The notes under the pieces: generated by a model
The model's database searches: none
Told to the model about the DNA's origin: nothing
Seen by the model: only the letters and a program-made list of their open reading frames with translations
Virus record (IMG/VR): IMGVR_UViG_3300010412_001298
Reading direction: 5' to 3' (one strand)
Origin: a virus
Length of the DNA: 17,623 nt
Position numbers and translations under genes: made by a program
In this document: piece by piece, positions 12,087 to 17,623 of the stretch
How positions within the stretch are numbered: the stretch's first letter is position 1
Layout: the number at the start of each line of letters is the position of its first letter

Positions 12087-14477
12087 ATGCAAACACTTGA
12101 AAACCAAGTCACATCAACATTACAAAATCTAATAGCAGGAGATAGAAATAAATTTATCTTCATTCCAACACCATTCACAACAAGCAATGTTGATAAACAA
12201 GAAGTATTAAGATTCCTAATCAATTTACATGATTTTGGATATGGTATCTCAAATGCTCATGTATTATTAGAATTAAATAAAATCAATTTCAATAGATTTA
12301 AATCAGAATTTCTAACATATATCAAATCTAATATCAAAGAAGGAATGATATTCAGAAAAACATTCGGTGATAAAAAGAAATTAACACCTTATACCACAGA
12401 AGAATGGTTAGCAATATTTGCTCAATATAGTATAACATATGGCTGGCCAAATGAATACCAAGGACTTTTTGGTGTAAATCCATCAATAGTATTAGACAAA
12501 TATGTCGGATCAATGTCTGATAAAATAACCAAATTAAAAGGAACAAAAAGAGTAATTGAAATAGGAGATTACACTGATTTAGTAGAAATATTGAGAAATA
12601 TTTCAACACAAACATCAGTATTAAGATCACAACAAATTGAAACATTAAAAAATAGCCCATCAAACGCATTAGTAGAAGCAATAGATGGTTATGATATACC
12701 AATAAAAGAAACTCGTGTGATGTTAATGAAATTAACAAAAGGTCACACATTCAAAAAACCATTATTAAAAACAGCAACAGATGTTTTGCGTTTCATTGTG
12801 TCAGAATATGCACATGAAAGTTATGAAGGAGTATTAATAAATTCTAAATTACAAAAAACAAAATTAAGAATACCAACATCAGCAAGAAAAATGATATTAT
12901 TGCAATTAGAATTAATTGCAAAAAACAGAAAAGCAAAAGGTGAATATTATTTAGCAGAAGATATGTTTTCTTATTCATCATTTTGGAAACAAGTAAACCG
13001 TTATCTTCGTTATGAAAAACAAGAAGCAATGCGTAAAAAATATCCATTATATACATTAGCAATTGATTTATTATATAAAGGGGATCGTTCATGGACATTC
13101 AATTCAAGATTTTCTAATGCTAAAGAAAATCAAGATTATGCATCAGCTGTTTTAATAGCAAGTGAAAAACCAGGTTTTCTATTAAGAAATCTTTTAGATT
13201 TTCTAACAAAAATAAAAGGTGAAAAAATACCAGTTAAAATAGATGCAAAGAAAAATAAAAATGCTTTTCAAGACGCACTGCAAAGAAACAGAGTACAATC
13301 AAATGTAGTCAAAACAGATGCAGTATCATTTTTCAAAAGCAAACGATTTGAAAAAATCTTAAATGATCATTTGAATCCAAAAATAGCATGGCAATTAATT
13401 GAAAAATTGCAAGATGAAGAATTGTATAAACCACAATATGTTCGTGTTGTGCAAGGAGTAACTGTCAAATATTCAACACCAATACCAGGTTTAAATGTAC
13501 CATTAACAAAATATGTACAAGGTTTATTAATGAATACATTAAAAGCAAAATTACAATATCGTAATAAAGATATTGGTTTGGTTTATATTGATAAGGATGC
13601 TAAAAAATACGCAATTCAATATTCAGGACGTAAAAGCACAGAAATCACTTATTCTGGAGAATATTTATCTAAAGGAACATCAATTGATTTTAGTGAAATT
13701 GTCGGAAGCAATAACGTGAAAAATCCAGTATTAAGAATGGGAGTAATGTGGCGAGCAACTGAAAAGAAAAAACAATCAATTGATTTAGATCATAATTTCA
13801 CAGTAAAAAGAAACACAAATGAAACAGAAGTTTTGTATTACGGTAAACCTGAATTAAAAGGAAGAAATGGTAATATAATTGGTGTAAGTTCAGGTGATAT
13901 TACATCAAATGGTGATCATAATAGTGCATTTTCATGTGAAATGATTGATATAAATATCAATGATATGTTAGCAAATGGATTTGAAACAGGCTACAATTCA
14001 ATAATCAATTATAATGGAGTAGTAGGAATAGGTTCATTAGAAGCATATTTCTTTTTCTCATTGATTGATAAAAAAGATCGTTTGATAAAAGGAAATAAAA
14101 TCAAAGTTGATCTTGCACAAATGGATTATGCAATTCGTATAGATCCAGAAAATAAAGATAATACAGGATCTTATATTGGGTTTTTAGTAAATTTCAAAAA
14201 ACAAGTAATTGAAGTATTAGCAGAACCAGTTTTTGGTGAAAACAATTCTTATTCAAATGCAATAACAAATTTGGTTATTTTTGAAAAAGTAATGAAAAAC
14301 AGAAGATTACCATTGACTGTAGGTTATACATTAAAACAAGCCTTATCAGAATCAAATTTAATTGATGTACCAGAAATGGCTGATGTTATAATTTCAAAAA
14401 CACAACCATTAAATACAACTGCAACTTGGATTCATCCTGGTCGTGATTTTGAAAAAATCAATCAAATGATTTTTTGA
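12087..14477 (+). CDS. large protein with a TerD-like C-terminal domain and a helical N-terminal/central region carrying weak TROVE (Ro60)-like motifs
   Basis: The tracked ORF starts at GTG 12075. I prefer ATG 12087, 9 nt after AAGGTG (12072-12077). C-terminus VLRMGVMWRA...SIDLDHNF...VLYYGKP...SSGDITSNGDHNS..EMIDINI parallels the TerD pattern GLGWDA...DLDASA...FYNN...TGDN.TGEGDGDDE..I.L. Possible TROVE-like motifs: VLRFLINLHDFGYG (cf. Ro60 LHRFLCFGSEGGTYY), QYSITYGWPNEY (cf. KYKQRNGWSHKD) and PGFLLRNLLDFL (cf. PLTALLRNLGKM). ORF existence is near-certain; the TROVE assignment is tentative. Confidence 0.6.
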   Translation: MQTLENQVTSTLQNLIAGDRNKFIFIPTPFTTSNVDKQEVLRFLINLHDFGYGISNAHVLLELNKINFNRFKSEFLTYIKSNIKEGMIFRKTFGDKKKLTPYTTEEWLAIFAQYSITYGWPNEYQGLFGVNPSIVLDKYVGSMSDKITKLKGTKRVIEIGDYTDLVEILRNISTQTSVLRSQQIETLKNSPSNALVEAIDGYDIPIKETRVMLMKLTKGHTFKKPLLKTATDVLRFIVSEYAHESYEGVLINSKLQKTKLRIPTSARKMILLQLELIAKNRKAKGEYYLAEDMFSYSSFWKQVNRYLRYEKQEAMRKKYPLYTLAIDLLYKGDRSWTFNSRFSNAKENQDYASAVLIASEKPGFLLRNLLDFLTKIKGEKIPVKIDAKKNKNAFQDALQRNRVQSNVVKTDAVSFFKSKRFEKILNDHLNPKIAWQLIEKLQDEELYKPQYVRVVQGVTVKYSTPIPGLNVPLTKYVQGLLMNTLKAKLQYRNKDIGLVYIDKDAKKYAIQYSGRKSTEITYSGEYLSKGTSIDFSEIVGSNNVKNPVLRMGVMWRATEKKKQSIDLDHNFTVKRNTNETEVLYYGKPELKGRNGNIIGVSSGDITSNGDHNSAFSCEMIDININDMLANGFETGYNSIINYNGVVGIGSLEAYFFFSLIDKKDRLIKGNKIKVDLAQMDYAIRIDPENKDNTGSYIGFLVNFKKQVIEVLAEPVFGENNSYSNAITNLVIFEKVMKNRRLPLTVGYTLKQALSESNLIDVPEMADVIISKTQPLNTTATWIHPGRDFEKINQMIF

Positions 14478-14500
14478 AAAAAACTGAAATTTGAAAAATG

Positions 14501-14531
14501 AAAAGGAGTAAATATTTACTCCTTTTTTTTT
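14501..14531 (+). terminator. intrinsic terminator
   Basis: AAAAGGAGTAA / TTACTCCTTTT hairpin followed by a T-run of 9. Confidence 0.85.
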
Positions 14532-14564
14532 GAAAAAATTTTTCAAAAAAAGTGAAAAAAAAGA

Positions 14565-14593
14565 TTGACAATTTTTAAACTCTAATGTATAAT
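14565..14593 (+). promoter_or_regulatory. promoter (first of a tandem pair)
   Basis: TTGACA (14565-14570), 17 nt, TATAAT (14588-14593), then AGTATACATAC. Confidence 0.7.
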
Positions 14594-14647
14594 AGTATAC
14601 ATACAAACAAGTTAAAAAGTTTTCAAAAAAGATTTTCAAAAAAAAAG

Positions 14648-14676
14648 ATTGACAATTTTTAAACTCTAATGTATAA
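14648..14676 (+). promoter_or_regulatory. promoter (second of a tandem pair)
   Basis: TTGACA (14648-14653), 17 nt, TATAAT (14671-14676). The spacer is identical to that of the promoter at 14565. Confidence 0.7.
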
Positions 14677-14750
14677 TAGTATACATACTAAAAAGTTAAA
14701 AACTTAAAGTATAAAACGCAAAACACACACTTATATAAAAGGAAAACAAA

Positions 14751-15134
14751 ATGACTAGACAAATTACAATGTTTGATAAAAAAGGTAACGTTCGCCCCAC
14801 TAGTGTTAAAAGTGAAAGAACAATTAGAACACTTGGTGCTGAAAAAGGTGTTGATGTTCTAAATACTGTGCAAGAAGTTCTTGCCCAAGTATCAACTGGT
14901 AAACTTAATCAAAGAAGCATCAATTCACCGAAATTCAGTAAAAAAACAGGTCAACAATTACCGCGCCGGGTAACATTACATACCCAACATTTAACTTGGA
15001 TTCAAAAAGACCGTTTATTAACATTGTTAAACAACAGATTGGGCGAAAATAGAGTTGCAGCAATTGATAATGCGGTGATTATTTCCAAGAAAAATCCGCC
15101 AGTTAATAAAGTGGTAATTACATTAAATTGGTAA
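14751..15134 (+). CDS. hypothetical basic protein
   Basis: 127-aa ORF behind AAAAGGAAAA. Noticeably G/C-richer codons (e.g. CCGCGCCGGGTA at ~14961). Own double promoter and terminator. Confidence 0.75.
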   Translation: MTRQITMFDKKGNVRPTSVKSERTIRTLGAEKGVDVLNTVQEVLAQVSTGKLNQRSINSPKFSKKTGQQLPRRVTLHTQHLTWIQKDRLLTLLNNRLGENRVAAIDNAVIISKKNPPVNKVVITLNW

Positions 15135-15143
15135 TTACACATT

Positions 15144-15183
15144 AAATTTTAAAGGAATCTAATGGATTCCTTTAAAATTTTTT
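15144..15183 (+). terminator. intrinsic terminator
   Basis: 16-bp hairpin AAATTTTAAAGGAATC-taatg-GATTCCTTTAAAATTT followed by TTT. Confidence 0.8.
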
Positions 15184-15231
15184 CGATTAATTATTAGAAA
15201 AGCCGGTAGAAAAACACTTTTCCTTTTTATC

Positions 15232-15354
15232 ATGAAGAAGAAAAAATTAAAAAAATTTTTATTGTTTTTAAATAAAGAATTAAAACAAAACCAAAATATT
15301 ATTCCAGCTAATAAAAAACAATTAGAAAGAATCAAAAAATTAATAAAAAGATGA
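15232..15354 (+). CDS. possible 40-aa basic leader ORF coupled to the methyltransferase gene
   Basis: MKKKKLKKFLLFLNKELKQNQNIIPANKKQLERIKKLIKR*. Stop TGA overlaps the methyltransferase ATG (ATGA 15351-15354). No clear RBS. Confidence 0.3.
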   Translation: MKKKKLKKFLLFLNKELKQNQNIIPANKKQLERIKKLIKR

Positions 15355-16817
15355 AAAACAAATTAGGACAAGTTTTCACAAATGAAAAAATTATTGATTT
15401 AATACTAGATGAAATTGATATCATTAAAAATTATTCACAAAAAACAATAATAGATCCTTCATGTGGAGAAGGATCAATTTTAACAAGTATAGTAAAAAGA
15501 TTAGAAAAAGAAAATATAGAAAAATATATTCATGGATATGAAATAGATGAAAACATAATAAACAAATGTACAGAAAAATTAAATCAAATATATGAAACTA
15601 ATTGGAATATAGAAAAATGTAATGCTTTATATAAAGGAAATCAAGAAAAAGAAAAATATGATTTAATAATAGGTAATCCTCCATATATCAGTTATAATGA
15701 ATGTAAAAAACAAAAAATAATCAATAACAAAAAAATAAAAATGAGTAATTTTTATGGAATAAATTTAAATACAGTAAAGGGAAGAAAAAAAGCATATTCA
15801 CCAAAACCCAATTTATACGCATTTTTCATAGCATTAGGATTATACATTTTAAAAAAAGATGGTAGATTATGTTATATAATACCACAAACAGTATTAATAA
15901 ATACAGATTTAGATGTAATAAGATATCATTTATCAGAAAAAACAACTATAGAAAAAATAATACTTTTTGATGAAAAAATATTCAAAAATGAACAAAAAAA
16001 ACCAATAATAACATCATCATTAATAATAATAATAAAAAAACAAATACCAAATAAAGAACACAAAATAAAAATAATCAAAAATAATGAAGAAAAAGAAATA
16101 TCACAAATAGAATTAAGAAATAATATTTTTAATTGGAGTTTCATAAAAAATGATGAAGATTATAAAAAACAATTAAAATCTTATAATAACCATTTAACAA
16201 TTCATCAATATCGTTCAACATTTAGAAATTATGATGATATTATAATAGATGGTAGTGTAAATATATTAAAAAAAGATATAATAACAGAAATAAAAAATGA
16301 TGAAATAAATCAATATTACATAATACCAAAAATGATAAATGGTAAATATACCGCTGAAACATTAGGTTATTATAAAAAAACCTTACAAATAAAAAAAGCA
16401 CAAGGAAATAGAAATCATAGAATATTAACAGAAAGAAAATATAAAATAATATGGAAATATATCAATTTTGATCATTTTTATTTTATAGAAAAAAATGATG
16501 TTCTTCCTATGTATCAACAATATTGTATTGCATCAAATTATAAATCAGAAATCTTATTTTTATTAAGTATTTTAAATTCAACAATTAATTTAACATTATT
16601 AGAAAAAACATTCAAAATAGGTAATGAAAATAGATTATCTTTTTTATTAGGTTTGACATTTTTGAAAGAATTTATTCGTATACCAAAAATAACAGAACAA
16701 ACAAGAAGAATAAAAGAAAATATAATAATTCAAACAGAAAAACTTTTAGAAACAGATAATAATGAAATCATTAAAAAAAATATAGATGAAATGGTTTTTT
16801 TATTATATAACAATTAA
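15351..16817 (+). CDS. N6-adenine DNA methyltransferase, gamma class (Eco57I/TaqI-like) with a C-terminal specificity region
   Basis: 488-aa ORF. N-terminal GQVFTNEKIIDLIL, motif I IIDPSCGEGSIL, motif IV DLIIGNPPYIS, then GRLCYIIPQTVLINTDLDVIRYHL, typical of this family. Confidence 0.85.
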   Translation: MKNKLGQVFTNEKIIDLILDEIDIIKNYSQKTIIDPSCGEGSILTSIVKRLEKENIEKYIHGYEIDENIINKCTEKLNQIYETNWNIEKCNALYKGNQEKEKYDLIIGNPPYISYNECKKQKIINNKKIKMSNFYGINLNTVKGRKKAYSPKPNLYAFFIALGLYILKKDGRLCYIIPQTVLINTDLDVIRYHLSEKTTIEKIILFDEKIFKNEQKKPIITSSLIIIIKKQIPNKEHKIKIIKNNEEKEISQIELRNNIFNWSFIKNDEDYKKQLKSYNNHLTIHQYRSTFRNYDDIIIDGSVNILKKDIITEIKNDEINQYYIIPKMINGKYTAETLGYYKKTLQIKKAQGNRNHRILTERKYKIIWKYINFDHFYFIEKNDVLPMYQQYCIASNYKSEILFLLSILNSTINLTLLEKTFKIGNENRLSFLLGLTFLKEFIRIPKITEQTRRIKENIIIQTEKLLETDNNEIIKKNIDEMVFLLYNN

Positions 16818-16825
16818 AGAAAAAA

Positions 16826-17293
16826 ATGGAAAAAAATATAATAATAAATAGATTGTTATTACCAATAAATATAAAAAATATTGAAAAAACAATAAAAACT
16901 ATTGAAGAATTGCAACAAAAAGAAAATTTAATAAAAATAGCAGAATACTTATCAATTCATTATTTAAAAGATAAAGTATATCAAATGAAAAATATCGATT
17001 TGATGCAATTTGAATTGAATGAATTAATTGATTTTATAAGTATGCAAATAAAATCATTATCCTTTATTTTAAAAAGAAAAACAACAAATGAATTAGAAGA
17101 AAAACATTATGAACAATTGGTATTATATGTTATTAATACAAAAGACACTGTTTCAAATATTTTAAATGGTTTATTATTACCATGTGAATATAGTGAATTT
17201 ATATATTTTTTAAATACACATTCTGGTTTATTTAAAAATAGATATAAAACTAAAGTTAATTTGATGTATAATTATTGTAAAAGATGTAGATGA
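16826..17293 (+). CDS. hypothetical protein downstream of the methyltransferase
   Basis: 155-aa ORF. No nuclease or HTH motif recognised. Confidence 0.6.
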   Translation: MEKNIIINRLLLPINIKNIEKTIKTIEELQQKENLIKIAEYLSIHYLKDKVYQMKNIDLMQFELNELIDFISMQIKSLSFILKRKTTNELEEKHYEQLVLYVINTKDTVSNILNGLLLPCEYSEFIYFLNTHSGLFKNRYKTKVNLMYNYCKRCR

Positions 17294-17357
17294 TTCATTT
17301 TAGAAATTTTTGAAAAAAGAATGTAGATGATTCATTTTAGAAATTTTTGAAAAAAGA
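17284..17357 (+). repeat. perfect 37-bp tandem duplication spanning the stop codon of 16826..17293
   Basis: ATGTAGATGATTCATTTTAGAAATTTTTGAAAAAAGA occurs at 17284-17320 and again at 17321-17357. Confidence 0.9.
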
Positions 17358-17379
17358 ATTTGAAAAAAGAAAAAAAAGA

Positions 17380-17408
17380 TTGACAATTTTTAAACTCAAA
17401 TATATAAT
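17380..17408 (+). promoter_or_regulatory. promoter (first of a tandem pair; start region carries a deletion)
   Basis: TTGACA (17380-17385), 17 nt, TATAAT (17403-17408). It is followed by AGTATCAAGTTAAAAAG, which lacks the ACATACAAA found in copies A and B. Confidence 0.65.
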
Positions 17409-17452
17409 AGTATCAAGTTAAAAAGTTTTCAAAAAATATTTAAAAAAAGTAG

Positions 17453-17481
17453 TTGACAATTTTAAAACTTAAATGTATAAT
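17453..17481 (+). promoter_or_regulatory. promoter (second of a tandem pair)
   Basis: TTGACA (17453-17458), 17 nt, TATAAT (17476-17481), then AGTATACATAC. Confidence 0.7.
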
Positions 17482-17530
17482 AGTATACATACAAACAAGT
17501 TAAATAAAACACACACATAAGGTTAATAAA

Positions 17531-17623
17531 ATGTTATTTTACGGACAAAAAAGAATTTTAGAAGAACAATACCCAGATTATTTAGATTATTCAAGAATGG
17601 GTTTAAAAAACCGTAGATTAAGA
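17531..17623 (+). CDS. hypothetical protein, 5' fragment (runs off the window)
   Basis: ATG 17531 behind TAAGGT (17517-17522). MLFYGQKRILEEQYPDYLDYSRMGLKNRRLR... stays open to the window end. Same double-promoter context as 10705 and 14751. Confidence 0.55.
   Translation, partial: MLFYGQKRILEEQYPDYLDYSRMGLKNRRLR

Larger units (their letters stand above)
14565..14750 (+). repeat. tandem-promoter plus leader cassette, copy B
   Basis: See 10515-10704. Confidence 0.85.
17380..17530 (+). repeat. tandem-promoter plus leader cassette, copy C
   Basis: See 10515-10704. Confidence 0.8.

Noticed and set aside
1-17623. Alternative genetic code (TGA=Trp as in Mollicutes, or TAG/TGA recoding as in some huge phages), considered because of the extreme AT content
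   Set aside because: RtcB (419 aa), the 800-aa ORF, the methyltransferase (488 aa) and the WD40 protein are all uninterrupted under the standard code. Trp is encoded by TGG in conserved positions (WD repeats). TGA, TAA and TAG all occur as sensible gene ends with coupled restarts. The in-frame TGA at 183-185 does not connect to the homologous downstream frame even if read through.

Overview
Very AT-rich window, coded almost entirely on the plus strand. It reads like part of a large virulent phage or phage-like element. There are about 11 copies of a near-consensus sigma70 promoter (TTGACA, 16-17 nt, TATAAT, then a conserved AGTATACATAC start region), hairpin terminators, and arrays of small hypothetical ORFs joined by ATGA-type overlaps. 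Recognisable content: a one-piece tmRNA (1581-1933, tag ANDASYALVA*), a tRNA-Gly(UCC) (4030-4102), a WD40 protein, two divergently arranged LRR proteins, an RtcB 3'-phosphate RNA ligase (9046-10305) and a gamma-class N6-adenine DNA methyltransferase (15351-16817). Main finding: a less AT-rich island of separately promoted cassettes (about 8.46-15.2 kb) holds RtcB and, 1.4 kb downstream, two paralogous long-stem structured RNAs (11763-11891 and 11971-12063) just upstream of an ~800-aa ORF. The first RNA carries a tRNA-like T-arm and acceptor minihelix with an encoded UCCA. The ORF has a clear TerD-like C-terminal domain and weak TROVE (Ro60)-like motifs. This layout resembles bacterial Ro(Rsr)/Y-RNA(YrlA, YrlB)/RtcB loci, but with an undescribed protein architecture and in a phage-like context. 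I interpret it as a candidate phage RNA-repair or RNA-quality-control (anti-RNA-damage) system. All protein family calls come from motif recognition by eye; no searches were run.
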